Source: Dehalococcoidia bacterium
GTDB taxonomy: Bacteria > Chloroflexota > Dehalococcoidia > Lucifugimonadales > JAGWBF01
Length of the DNA stretch: 64,000 bases
Assembly: GCA_965248975.1 (NCBI GenBank)
Contig: CBDFKU010000017.1
Coordinates: 109,090-173,089, forward strand
Reading direction: 5' to 3'
The notes beneath the pieces are model-generated. The model saw only the letters and a list, made by a program, of their open reading frames with translations. It was not told the origin of the DNA and ran no database searches. Shown here piece by piece: positions 10,201-19,226 of this stretch; position 1 is the first letter of the stretch; each line of letters opens with the position of its first letter. Made by a program: the position numbers and the translations under genes.

Positions 10201-10722
10201 CAGGTCCACCCACCGGGTGAAGAGCTCGCCCAGCCTGACTTTCTGTCCTTTTTGGATGGTGTGGGTCGCGGCGGTAAGCCCTTCGGGCGGAAGGGTCCGC
10301 TTCAGCGCGGCGGAAACCGAAGCTATCACCAGTGGAGGCCGGCCGGCGCCGTCGTCTCCTCCGGGAGTGGCGGCACGCCATTGACCGAGAGCGTGGAGGG
10401 CCAGCATCCTCTGGTTGTTGGTGGCGGCATCGGCCACAAGGCGCTCGAAGGGCAGCACCTCGGGCTCAGGGATGAGGTGTACCGGCGAATCCTCTCCCAG
10501 ATAGGACAGCAGGTAGTCCTGGAGCTTGCGTGCATCCTCGGGCCGGGGCGCGATTACCAGGATGGGCACGTCGAGCCGGTCCCAGAGGGCGGAGATGAGG
10601 AGAGGCCTGGCGGCATCGAGGGCGGCGACCCTCTGGATCATCTGGCCGGACCTCACCCCATCCTCCAGGCGCCGAAAGGTGGGATGGCCGGATATTATCT
10701 CGTGTAGACCGGTAAGACCCAT
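7207..10722 (-). CDS. mfd: Transcription-repair coupling factor
   Basis: CarD-like VVHIDHGIARF, CGDVGYGKTEVA, VVDEEQRFGV, QLRGRVGR, TRCF C-terminus. Confidence 0.98.
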   Translation of the reverse strand: MGLTGLHEIISGHPTFRRLEDGVRSGQMIQRVAALDAARPLLISALWDRLDVPILVIAPRPEDARKLQDYLLSYLGEDSPVHLIPEPEVLPFERLVADAATNNQRMLALHALGQWRAATPGGDDGAGRPPLVIASVSAALKRTLPPEGLTAATHTIQKGQKVRLGELFTRWVDLGYQREEGVEIPGTFSHRGGVVDVYPPSFPLPVRIELWGDEVESLRFFDPSSQRSVRPVDLVNIVPARETLPALADKDRASRLIGQLNFTRCTPEARERFSQELDSLFSGHLSEELPLYNGLLNGGYLPDHLPAEGLLVLDREGEVETEAMALGNRAGEMRATREARGELPANFPSPQHEWADFGRVVEGRQRLALRGWNDPDGGFDFQPATPYYGRLGQLGRDLREWTDVGMAVVMVSRHTRRLSEVAEEEGLGASVLTDLDSSPAGGSISLLPGSLGEGWTLPSDRGGMVLLTDSELFGAAKQRRRSRKTPVKREAFLSELVPGGYVVHIDHGIARFAGTEQMDSGEEQKEYLVLEYAESDRLYVPTDHLDRVAPYKAPSEQPPSLTRLGSPEWGRVKQRAKAAAREMAKELLELYASRQVAEGHAFSADSPWQQELEDAFPYEETADQERTIHEVKLEMEGTRPMDRLVCGDVGYGKTEVALRAAFKTAGDSMQVAILVPTTVLAQQHYATFSERLSPFPVKLEVLSRFRTKKEQAAVVEGLRLGTVDIVIGTHRLLQKDVQFKNLGLVVVDEEQRFGVAHKERLKRMRREVDMMSLSATPIPRSLYMGLSGIRDMSTMETPPEERLPVKTYVSEYRDEVVKEAVQRELERGGQVFFLHNRVQTIRRAAANLAKLVPQARITIGHGRMAEDELEQAMVEFANGEVDVLVCTTIIESGLDIPNANTLIIDRADRFGLSQLYQLRGRVGRGGFRAYAYLLTPSGRRITEAASKRLKAILEAAELGAGFRIAMRDLEIRGAGNVLGSEQSGHIHAVGFDLYTQLLNEVVSEIKAGRNFEVPAEAEPQGQARVSLDLSAYIPESYIAHLPTRLAIYQRMTRVKERHEVDDTREELRDRFGPIPQVVDNLLYMVEMKLLAGEAAVESVVQKGATVTLTLQDEVGGARLALEKALGPLVRVGNTQVHVRVSQAGDGQKEGLVTVLERLMAFREQIQTVAAG

Positions 10723-10752
10723 CGGTTTTATTGTGCGCTCCCATGCCTAAAC

Positions 10753-10777
10753 GGGGTACTGTCCCAGACAGTACCCC
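10753..10777. repeat. Perfect 11-bp-stem hairpin between the moaD-like gene and mfd
   Basis: GGGGTACTGTC-CCA-GACAGTACCCC. Confidence 0.6.
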
Positions 10778-10824
10778 TGAGCTACTGATTTGATGGCCGC
10801 CGGTGCGGCCCTTTCGGAACTATA

Positions 10825-11109
10825 CTACGAGCTAGGTTCCAACTCGCTCCCGCCGCCGATGGCCGGCACGAAATGGACCTCGCTGTCGTCACCGACCTTG
10901 TCCAGCAGCCCCATGCGGCCGACCTCGCCGTCGATGGATACTGCTATGCTGGGCATCAGTCTGCCGTCCTCCACCAACCGCTCCTTCATCCCGGGGTACA
11001 ACGCTTCTAGCCGGTCGATGATACGGCGTACCGTGGTCTCCTCTACGGTGACTTGCTTGACGCCGCCGGTCACCGGTAGAAGCATGGTGGGTATATACAC
11101 CGTGGCCAC
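10825..11109 (-). CDS. MoaD/ThiS family sulfur-carrier-like protein
   Basis: Beta-grasp pattern ending EVHFVPAIGGG plus a 7-residue extension. Confidence 0.85.
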   Translation of the reverse strand: MATVYIPTMLLPVTGGVKQVTVEETTVRRIIDRLEALYPGMKERLVEDGRLMPSIAVSIDGEVGRMGLLDKVGDDSEVHFVPAIGGGSELEPSS

Positions 11110-11112
11110 GCT

Positions 11113-13416
11113 TTAGCCCTTCCCGTTCTCCCAGAGCGCCTCCAGCACCTTTCCGGGACTCATCGGAAGCTCCTGCATCCTTACTCCGGTGGCGTCGTGG
11201 ATAGCGTTGGCGATGGCAGCCATGGGCGGTACGATAGGCACCTCGCCTACTCCCCGCGCCCCATAGGGGTGCCCCGGGTTGGCTACCTCGACGATCACTG
11301 TGTCGATCATGGGCAGATCGAGGCTGGTAGGCATCCGGTAATCCAGGAGGCTGGAGTTCATCATCTGGCCCCGGTCGCTGAAGAAGTACTCCTCGTTAAG
11401 GGCCCACCCGATGCCCTGGACCACGCCGCCCTGCATCTGGCCCTCGACGTAGCTGGGGTGGATCGCCTTGCCTGCGTCCTGAATGGCCGTGTATCGCAGA
11501 ATATCTACTTTGCCCGTGTCGGTGTCCACTTCCACGTCCACGATGTGGATGGCGTAGGAGTTGCCGACCCCGCCGGGATCGACACTGGCGCTGCCCACTA
11601 CGGCGCCTCCGGTGGAGAATGCTGTCTTCATGTGGCTCGCCAGCTCTTTGAAGGTCATCTTCAGCTCGGGGTCCGAGCGGTGAGAAATTACCGCCTGGGT
11701 GGCGTCGTACTCTACCTCTTCCACCGCCGTTTCCCAGATCCGGGCCGCCCGTTCCCGCATCAGGCGTTTCACCTCTTCCGCGGCCTCGACGGCGGCGATG
11801 CCAGTGGCGAAGGCGGTGCGGCTGCCTCCTGTGACTGCAGTGAATCCCACCGAGTCGGTGTCGACCACCGTCGGCTTTACGTCCTCATAGGCGATGCCCA
11901 GCGCCTCAGCGGCCTGCATGGCTATGGAGGCGCGGGTGCCGCCGATGTCCACCGAGCCCTCGATCAGGCTCACGGTGCCGTCGAAGTTGACCTTAATGGT
12001 GACGCTGGACTGGAGTCCACCGTTGTTCCAGAAACCCGATGCGACGCCCCTGCCGCGGCGTTTGCCCGGATGGGGTGCCTTGTAGTGGTCGTGGTCCTTG
12101 GCGGCCTCCAGACACTCGACGTTGCCGACCCGCCGGAGGGCAGGGCCTTCGACTTTGCGGGTCCCTTCTTTGGCGGCGTTGAGCAGGCGGAACTCAAAGG
12201 GGTCCATCCCAAGCTTCTCGGAGATCTCGTCTACCACCGATTCTACGGCGAAAGCAGCCTGTGGAGAGCCGGGGGCGCGGTAGGCGGCCATCTTCGGCTT
12301 GTTCAGCACGACGTCGTAGCCGTCCACCTGTCCGTTGGGGTAATCGTAGCACGAGAAGGCGCATGTAGCGGCCGCGCCCACGGCGGAGCCGGGATACGCG
12401 CCCGCCTCCATGGCGATGGAGGCCTGGCACGCCGTCAGCCTGCCTGCCTTGGTTACGCCCATCTTCACCTTAATCGAGCTGCCTGGCGCGGGGCCGCTCC
12501 CCTCGAAAACCTCGGCGCGGGTCATCACCATCTTTACGGGCAGACCCGCCTTGCGGGAGAGCAGCGCAGCCAGGGGCTCGAGGTACAGGGGGATCTTTCC
12601 GCCGAACCCGCCGCCGATCTCGGTGGGGGTTACCTTGGTCTTGACCACCGGGTGTCTCAGGACATCTGCCACACCGTCCCGGACCATGAATGGGGCCTGA
12701 GTGGTGACCCACATGTCCAGCTGGTCGTCCCTATTCCAGTGGGCCGTGGCCGCGTGGGGCTCGATGTAACCCTGGTGTACGGATGCGGTGTAGAACTCCC
12801 TCTCCACCACAATGTCGGCCTCGGCGAACCCCTTTCCCACATCGCCCATCTCGTGCCGGAAGTGGCTGGCGACGTTGCTGGGCTTCTCGGAAGTGCCGCA
12901 AAGGTCGCTGGTATGCATGTCTTCGTGAAGCAGGGGAGCCTCCGCCTTCATCGCCTCCCGAACGTCCATCACGGGAGTCAACTCCTCGTACTTCACCTGA
13001 ATCAGGTTCACCGCTTCTTCTGCAACATGGGAGTCGATGGCGGCCACCGCGGCCACCGCATGACCCCTATACAGCACCTTGTCGCTGGCTAGGATGTTAC
13101 CACTGGTGAACTTGAAACTGCGGTATCCGTCGCCCAGCTCCTCCTTGGACATCGAGGCGAAGGGCAGGTCCCTGGCCGTCACCACCGCCTTGACGCCTGG
13201 GAGTGCCTCGGCTCGGCTGGTGTCGATGGACACGATGCGAGCGTGGGGGTGAGGGCTGCGCAGCACCTTTCCGTGGAGCAGACCTGTCATCTGTACGTCG
13301 GCGCCGTACTGGGCACGACCAGTGACCTTGTCCACGCCGTCGGGACGGACGGGCCGTGTCCCGACCACCTTGTATTCGACCCGGGAGAGCACTACGTTGG
13401 AAGCCAAACCAGTCAC
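11113..13416 (-). CDS. Xanthine dehydrogenase-family molybdopterin-binding large subunit (paralogue 2)
   Basis: DKVTGRAQY, GGGFGGK, AYRAPG, GQMQGG, GVGE. Confidence 0.95.
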   Translation of the reverse strand: MTGLASNVVLSRVEYKVVGTRPVRPDGVDKVTGRAQYGADVQMTGLLHGKVLRSPHPHARIVSIDTSRAEALPGVKAVVTARDLPFASMSKEELGDGYRSFKFTSGNILASDKVLYRGHAVAAVAAIDSHVAEEAVNLIQVKYEELTPVMDVREAMKAEAPLLHEDMHTSDLCGTSEKPSNVASHFRHEMGDVGKGFAEADIVVEREFYTASVHQGYIEPHAATAHWNRDDQLDMWVTTQAPFMVRDGVADVLRHPVVKTKVTPTEIGGGFGGKIPLYLEPLAALLSRKAGLPVKMVMTRAEVFEGSGPAPGSSIKVKMGVTKAGRLTACQASIAMEAGAYPGSAVGAAATCAFSCYDYPNGQVDGYDVVLNKPKMAAYRAPGSPQAAFAVESVVDEISEKLGMDPFEFRLLNAAKEGTRKVEGPALRRVGNVECLEAAKDHDHYKAPHPGKRRGRGVASGFWNNGGLQSSVTIKVNFDGTVSLIEGSVDIGGTRASIAMQAAEALGIAYEDVKPTVVDTDSVGFTAVTGGSRTAFATGIAAVEAAEEVKRLMRERAARIWETAVEEVEYDATQAVISHRSDPELKMTFKELASHMKTAFSTGGAVVGSASVDPGGVGNSYAIHIVDVEVDTDTGKVDILRYTAIQDAGKAIHPSYVEGQMQGGVVQGIGWALNEEYFFSDRGQMMNSSLLDYRMPTSLDLPMIDTVIVEVANPGHPYGARGVGEVPIVPPMAAIANAIHDATGVRMQELPMSPGKVLEALWENGKG

Positions 13417-13471
13417 CTCCAGTGGGTGTTGAAGCCGTAATCGCAGAACGCGGAAATACCGCTATGGGAAA

Positions 13472-13539
13472 ATTATAACATCGGATAAGTGTGATTACAT
13501 CCCGGTGGGCGGAGAGGCCCACGCTCATGATGTGATTAC
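13472..13539 (-). promoter_or_regulatory. Extended -10 promoter with a TGTGATTAC direct repeat
   Basis: Minus-strand TGtTATAAT at 13480-13472; TGTGATTAC at 13490 and 13531. Confidence 0.45.
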
Positions 13540-13645
13540 CGAAGGGAACTATTACCTAGTGGCGACAAAGAGCGTTGCCATGTCCACGTGTGGACGGTGC
13601 CTAACTAGATACAAATATTGTTACTCTAATTTACGCCAGCAAGTA

Positions 13646-14874
13646 CTAGTACTCAGTCAACTCGGTGTTGGTAATTATTTAAGAAATCACTCAAAGTTGC
13701 TACCCTTTGGGAAGACAGAATCTACCCAAGGGGTGGCAGTGATGGGACGACGGGAAAAGTATAGGGTGCGCTTGGACCAGGAAGACCGGGAACAACTCCA
13801 GCAATTGATTCGAAGTGGGAAGAGCCGGGCTCGTGTGATGACCCGGGCGAGGATTCTACTAAAGAGCGATGAGGGTTGGAAGGCTCCCAAGGTGTCTGAG
13901 GCCTTGGACGTCTCCGTAGGCACAGTGTTCCGCATCAAGCGGCGTTTCGCTGAAGAGGGCATGAAGGGGGCTTTGCTGGAAAGGCCCAGGCCCAGGCCAC
14001 GGAGGAAGCTGGACGACAAGGGAGAGGCCCACCTCATCGCCCTGGCCTGCAGCGCCGCGCCGGAGGGCCACGACCACTGGACCCTGCGGCTGTTGGCCGG
14101 GAAAGTGGTAGAGCTAGGGTTGGTGCCCTCCATGTCCCATGAAGGCATCCGCAAGCGGCTCAAAAAAACGTTCTTAAGCCGTGGCAGAAGAAGGAATGGT
14201 GTATTCCTAAGGTGAGCGCCGACTTTGTGGCAGCCATGGAGGATGTGCTGGACCTGTATGCCGAGCCCTATGACCCCCGGCGGCCGGTGGTCTGCTTTGA
14301 CGAGACCTCGACTCAGCTGTTGAGCGAGCCACGGCCGCCCCTCCCAGCGAAGCCGGGACAGCCGCGGCGACAGGACTACGAGTACCGAAGGGAGGGCACC
14401 CGGAACCTGTTCCTGACCTGCGAGCCGCTGCAGGGCTGGAGACACGTGGCCATCACCCAGCGGCGGACCCAGCAGGACTTCGCCCGTCAGATGCGTTGGT
14501 TGGTGGATGAGGCCTACCCGGAGGCCCCGGTGGTGCGAGTTGTTCTGGATAACCTGAACACTCATCGCCCGGCTTCCCTGTACGAGGCCTTTCCTGCCCC
14601 TGAGGCCCGGCGTATCGTAAAGCGGCTGGAGTTCCACCACACCCCCAAACACGGCAGTTGGCTCAACATGGCGGAGATCGAGTTCAGCGTCCTGGCCCGA
14701 TCTTGCCTGAGGAGGCGTGTCCCCGATGAGGCTGCCCTCCGCCGAGAAATTCAGGCCCTGGAGGGGGAGCGAAACGCCGCCCGAGCCTCTATCCATTGGC
14801 GCTTCAACACCCAAAATGCTAGGGCGAAACTCCATCGGCTATATCCTTCAAATCACAGGTTGACTGAGTACTAG
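13646..14874 (+). mobile_element. IS630-family insertion sequence, copy 2 (apparently intact)
   Basis: CTAG-flanked terminal inverted repeats TACTCAGTCAAC/GTTGACTGAGTA; orfA and orfB joined by an A7 slippery site. Confidence 0.95.
13742..14874 (+). CDS. IS630 transposase, orfA/orfB fused by predicted -1 frameshift at 14162-14168
   Basis: CTC AAA AAA AC; the -1 frame continues KKNVLKPWQKKEWCIPKVSADFVAAMEDVL into the DDE domain. Confidence 0.88.
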
Positions 14875-14886
14875 ATTGAGTAAACT

Positions 14887-15141
14887 CTACCGCAGAAGAG
14901 CATCGTAGTCGGCATGAGACCCAATCCAGAACTAGATTAGATTGCCTTCATGCTCGACAGCCAGGGCACGGTACTGCAATCCCACTCGAACTGACCAGAA
15001 ACGCCCGACCTTCTTCAGTTGTAGCGACGAATGCCTGGGGTTCGGCCGCAGGAGTTCAAAGCATCGATCTGCCAGGCGCTGCACTACTTCTGGCAACTGG
15101 TAGTAATTCCGCCAGAAGCGCGCCGTTGCGTGGTGTTTCAC
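14887..15141 (-). pseudogene. RelE/ParE-like toxin with in-frame TAG at 14932-14934
   Basis: HSSLQLKKVGRFWSVRVGLQYRALA...GNLI*FWIGSHADYDALLR*; the WIGSHADYD tail lies in frame beyond the stop. Confidence 0.75.
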
Positions 15142-15338
15142 AGGTCAGTGCAGCTTCCTCCCTTCAGGCCCTGAAGGGCTTCGTCGGCCAGGGCATCAAG
15201 CCGGCCTGCGGCCACGTCTTGCTCTAACTGTTGGTCCCAACTTGTAGCGTCGAACCCCGCGAACCAGGCACGAAACGCGGCGAGGTCCGCCTCTGACAAC
15301 TGGCACACCGCTTGCTTGACTTCATCAAGCGTGCTCAT
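15138..15338 (-). CDS. Putative type II antitoxin
   Basis: Small acidic ORF (WDQQLEQDVAAGRLDAL) overlapping the toxin start by 4 nt. Confidence 0.75.
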   Translation of the reverse strand: MSTLDEVKQAVCQLSEADLAAFRAWFAGFDATSWDQQLEQDVAAGRLDALADEALQGLKGGSCTDL

Positions 15339-15409
15339 GGATATAGGCTACCTTTCAAATCCATCGGGCGCAAATGACGTTCACAGCAGAGGAGATTACC
15401 TAGAGCGAA

Positions 15410-15937
15410 CTACACGTCAACTGGGCTAATGGCGTCGAGCAGACGGTCCACCAGGTCGGCCATGGAGCCGCAAGGCAACCGGCTGGCTGAGAGCCCTTGT
15501 ATAGCATCGAGGTCCAACTGTCCTGAAGCCGCGTCTATCTTGGCCAGCAGGTCCCGCCAGGGTGGGTCATCGCCGGACACATCGCCATCTGGCAATGAAG
15601 CGGTGTAGAACGCGTCGGCAGACGGGCCGGAGTACAGCACCAACGCAGGAAAAGATTCCGGGGCCAGCCCCAGTTCACTTGCCAGCGTGCGCACCGTGCT
15701 AGAGACGCCATGCTGTCCAAAGATCACCAGGTGGTGAAACGCGGCACCGCGGGCCTCGAAGCCGATGCGGAACCGCCGAAAAGTATCATGCGCCGCCGCG
15801 TTCCGCTCCGACACCAGGAAGATAGCACTCACCGGATGCTGGTGGTGCCCGTCTTCCGACAGGCTGCGGCACCACCGCGATAGCTTGTCCAGGTCGTGGG
15901 CGTCGGCAGGGTTGGAGACGTTTTCCGGCTCAACCAC
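15410..15937 (-). CDS. Hypothetical protein
   Basis: 175-aa ORF co-oriented with neighbours, GAGG RBS; no family recognised. Confidence 0.65.
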   Translation of the reverse strand: MVEPENVSNPADAHDLDKLSRWCRSLSEDGHHQHPVSAIFLVSERNAAAHDTFRRFRIGFEARGAAFHHLVIFGQHGVSSTVRTLASELGLAPESFPALVLYSGPSADAFYTASLPDGDVSGDDPPWRDLLAKIDAASGQLDLDAIQGLSASRLPCGSMADLVDRLLDAISPVDV

Positions 15938-15978
15938 TGGGGTCGTTACCTCGCTGGGAATTCCTTCCCGGCTGCCGG

Positions 15979-16395
15979 CTAGCCCATTTCAGGGATAAGT
16001 CCCAGCTGCTGCATCAGCCCCAGAGAGTCCTCAAGCCCCCAATGCTCCACCAGCTTTCCGTCGGAAAAGCGGCCTATGTGAATTTCCTGCATAGTGATTG
16101 CCTTGTTGGTGGGTGCGGCCCCCATGAACTCTCCCTTGTGGGTGCCGCGGGCGGTGAAGCGGCCCACCACCTTGTCCCCTTCGGCGATCAGGTCTTCGGT
16201 GGTGACCTGCAAGTCCGGGAAAGCGGTGCGGAGCATAGTTGCCATCTGCTTCATTCCTTCGGGGCCCGACGCCTGCCCGGGCATAGGGTCGTGCTCAACG
16301 TACTTGGGTGAGATCAACTCGTCAAAGGTCGACAGGTCTCCTGTGCCAAAGACACCGGCGATTCGCCGCAATGCTGCTTTATTCGCCTCGGACAT
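15979..16395 (-). CDS. SnoaL-like ester cyclase family protein
   Basis: AFPDL...EDLIAEGDKVV.R....GTHKGEFMG...DGKLVEHW. Confidence 0.92.
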   Translation of the reverse strand: MSEANKAALRRIAGVFGTGDLSTFDELISPKYVEHDPMPGQASGPEGMKQMATMLRTAFPDLQVTTEDLIAEGDKVVGRFTARGTHKGEFMGAAPTNKAITMQEIHIGRFSDGKLVEHWGLEDSLGLMQQLGLIPEMG

Positions 16396-16463
16396 GTTCC
16401 TCCCCTTTGTAGTTTACGAGCGCATCCTTCTCAATGAAGCTGGGAGGAGGCTAACCAGTACTT

Positions 16464-18740
16464 CTACTTCTGGTTCTTCTCCCAGAGCGCCTCCAGGATC
16501 GCCCCTGGGGACATGGGCAGCACGTTCATTCGCACGCCAATGGCATGTTGGATGGCGTTGGCGATGGCCGCCATCACGGGAACGATGGGCATCTCCGCGG
16601 TCCCCCGTACACCATAGGGGTGAGCGGGGTTGGCCACCTCGACGATGACCGTGTCGATCATCGGCAGGTCCAGGCTGGTGGGCATGCGGTAGTCCAGGAA
16701 GCTGGAGTTGGCCATCTCTCCCTTGTCGTTGAAGAAGTACTCCTCGTTCAACGCCCAGCCAATGCCCTGCACCACTCCGCCCTGTATCTGCCCCTCAACG
16801 TAGCTGGGGTGGATTGCTTTACCGGCGTCCTGCACGGCGGTGTAGCGTAGGATATCCACCTTGCCCGTATCCGGGTCCACCTCGACATCCACGACGTGGG
16901 CGGCGAAGCAGTTGCCGGCCCCGCGGGGGTCCACGTTGGACCGCCCAACGATGGGTCCGCCGGTGGAGTTGAGCTGGCCGGCCAACTCCTTCAGGCTGAT
17001 CCTGAGCTCGGAGTCCGATGCGTGGGAGAGTACCCCGTCCTCGGAGTACTCGATGTCGTCGACGGGGACGTCCCATATGCGGGCCGCCCGCTCCATCAGC
17101 TGATGCTTGACGTCCTGAGCCGCCTCGTAGCAGGCCCAGCCGGTCTTGAAGGCCACGCCGCTGCCGCCTGTCATCGAGGTGAAGCCCACCGAGTCCGTGT
17201 CGCCGACGATAGGCTTGACTTCCTCCGCCGGGATACCCAGAACCTCGGCGACGTGCATCGCCGCCACTGCCCGGGTTCCTCCGATGTCGGGCGAGCCCTC
17301 CACCAGGCTGATCGTGCCGTCGGGGTTGACGCTGGCGGTGGCGCAGGCCGGGCCGGTGCCGTTGAACCAGAAGCCGGTGGCCACGCCGCGGCCCCGGTTG
17401 GGACCCGTCAGCGGGGTGGAGTAGTGTTCGTGGTCCTTGGTCGCCTGGAGGGTCTCCAGGTAGCCGATCCGGGCGAACCTGGCGCCGGTGACCTGCTGGG
17501 TGCCCTCTTTGGCGCCGTTCAGCGTCCGGAACTCGATCGGATCCATTCCGATCTTCTCGCATATCTCGTCGATCACGGTTTCGGCGGCGAAGGCCGCCGC
17601 CGGCGCACCCGGTGCCCGGTAAGCCGCAGTCTTGGGCTTGTTGGACACAACGTCGTCACCCTCGACGCGGACGTTTTCCAGGTTGTATGGAGCCAGCATG
17701 CACATAGCGCCCGGGACTACCGGCGAGCCCGGGAAAGAGCCGGCCTCGTAGGCCAGGTATCCATTGGCCGCCGTTATGCGCCCGTCTTTCTTGGCGCCCA
17801 TCTTCACTTTAAGGTAGCTGCCCGAGGTGGGCCCCGTGCCCTCGAAGACCTCGGTCCTGCTCATGGCCAGCTTCACCGGATGGCCGGTCTTCCTGGACAG
17901 AGCCGCCGCCACTGGCTCCAGGTATACGTTGGTCTTGCCGCCGAAGCCGCCGCCAATCTCCATGGGGACCACCTTGATGTGGGAGACGGGGATTCCCAGG
18001 ATCTGAGCCGACTGGGACCTCATAGCGAAGTGACCCTGGCTGCTGCACCAGATGGTGACGTTGCCGTCGGGGCTCCACAGGGCCGTGGCAGCCTGGGGCT
18101 CGATGTATCCCTGGTGCACTGACTGCGTGTGATACTCCCGCTCGACGATGACGTCGGCCTCTCGGAACCCTTTCTCTATGTCGCCCTTCTCGTATACGAA
18201 GTGGTTCGTGATGTTGGTGGGCTTGCCGTTGTCGTCCTTCTGACCGAGCTCGTCGTGAAGCACCGGCGCGTCCTTCTTCATGGCATCCAGCACGCTGATC
18301 ACCGCCGGCAGGACCTCATACTTCACGTCGATCAGGGACAGCGCCTCCTCTGCTATGTGAGCGGTGGTGGCCGCCACGGCCGCCACCGCGTGGCCCTTGT
18401 AGAGCACTTTGTCCTCGGCCAGACAGTTGTTGGCCATCACCTTCATGTCGAAGGGGATGGCCTCGCCTATGTCTACGGGGGTATGGGTCTGTTTGAGGAA
18501 ATCCGCCGAGGTCACCACCGCCTTTACACCCGGCAGGGCCAGGGCTTTGCTGGCGTCGATGGAGATGATCCTGGCATGGGGATGGGGACTCCTCAATACC
18601 TTGCCATGGAGAAGTCCCGGCAGGTTGATGTCGGCGCCATAGCGGGCCCGGCCGGTGACCTTGTCGGGGCCATCGTGGCGAATGGGCCTGGTCCCGACGA
18701 CATTGTACTCCTGGGTGGAAAGCACTACGTTGGAAGCCAT
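16464..18740 (-). CDS. Xanthine dehydrogenase-family molybdopterin-binding large subunit (paralogue 1)
   Basis: DKVTGRARY, GGGFGGK, AYRAPG, GQIQGG, GTAE. Confidence 0.95.
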   Translation of the reverse strand: MASNVVLSTQEYNVVGTRPIRHDGPDKVTGRARYGADINLPGLLHGKVLRSPHPHARIISIDASKALALPGVKAVVTSADFLKQTHTPVDIGEAIPFDMKVMANNCLAEDKVLYKGHAVAAVAATTAHIAEEALSLIDVKYEVLPAVISVLDAMKKDAPVLHDELGQKDDNGKPTNITNHFVYEKGDIEKGFREADVIVEREYHTQSVHQGYIEPQAATALWSPDGNVTIWCSSQGHFAMRSQSAQILGIPVSHIKVVPMEIGGGFGGKTNVYLEPVAAALSRKTGHPVKLAMSRTEVFEGTGPTSGSYLKVKMGAKKDGRITAANGYLAYEAGSFPGSPVVPGAMCMLAPYNLENVRVEGDDVVSNKPKTAAYRAPGAPAAAFAAETVIDEICEKIGMDPIEFRTLNGAKEGTQQVTGARFARIGYLETLQATKDHEHYSTPLTGPNRGRGVATGFWFNGTGPACATASVNPDGTISLVEGSPDIGGTRAVAAMHVAEVLGIPAEEVKPIVGDTDSVGFTSMTGGSGVAFKTGWACYEAAQDVKHQLMERAARIWDVPVDDIEYSEDGVLSHASDSELRISLKELAGQLNSTGGPIVGRSNVDPRGAGNCFAAHVVDVEVDPDTGKVDILRYTAVQDAGKAIHPSYVEGQIQGGVVQGIGWALNEEYFFNDKGEMANSSFLDYRMPTSLDLPMIDTVIVEVANPAHPYGVRGTAEMPIVPVMAAIANAIQHAIGVRMNVLPMSPGAILEALWEKNQK

Positions 18741-19222
18741 CAGGCCTTCACCTCCGTCTTACTGGACGCGTCGAGGACGGCTCTGACGATCTTATCGTAG
18801 CCGGTACAGCGACACAGGTTTCCCGCCAGCCAGTGGCGCACCCGCCCCTCCGTGGGGTTGGGCTCGCGCTCTAGCAGGGCTTTCGAGGCCATGATGAAAC
18901 CGGGCGTGCAGATCCCGCACTGCAGGGCGGCGTTCTCCAGGAAGGCCTGCTGAATGGGATGGAGACCCTCGACGCTGGCGACGCCCTCGACGGTGTCTAG
19001 CTTCTTCCCCTGGGCCTCTACACCAAGAGCGAGGCAAGAGTCGATGATCCGGCCATCCATCAGGACGGTGCAAGCTCCACAGTTGCCGTCGTTGCAGCCT
19101 TCCTTGGTGCCCGTCAGACCGAGCACGTCCCTGAGCACCTCCAGGAGGCTTTGTCTGGGCTCGCAGAGGAACTCGGTCTCTTCGCCATTGATCTCAGCCT
19201 GGACGTGGACTTTCCTTGGCAT
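18740..19222 (-). CDS. (2Fe-2S)-binding small subunit, CoxS-like
   Basis: GCNDGNCGACTV, QCGICTPG, GNLCRCTGY. Confidence 0.96.
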   Translation of the reverse strand: MPRKVHVQAEINGEETEFLCEPRQSLLEVLRDVLGLTGTKEGCNDGNCGACTVLMDGRIIDSCLALGVEAQGKKLDTVEGVASVEGLHPIQQAFLENAALQCGICTPGFIMASKALLEREPNPTEGRVRHWLAGNLCRCTGYDKIVRAVLDASSKTEVKA

Positions 19223-19226
19223 TCTT

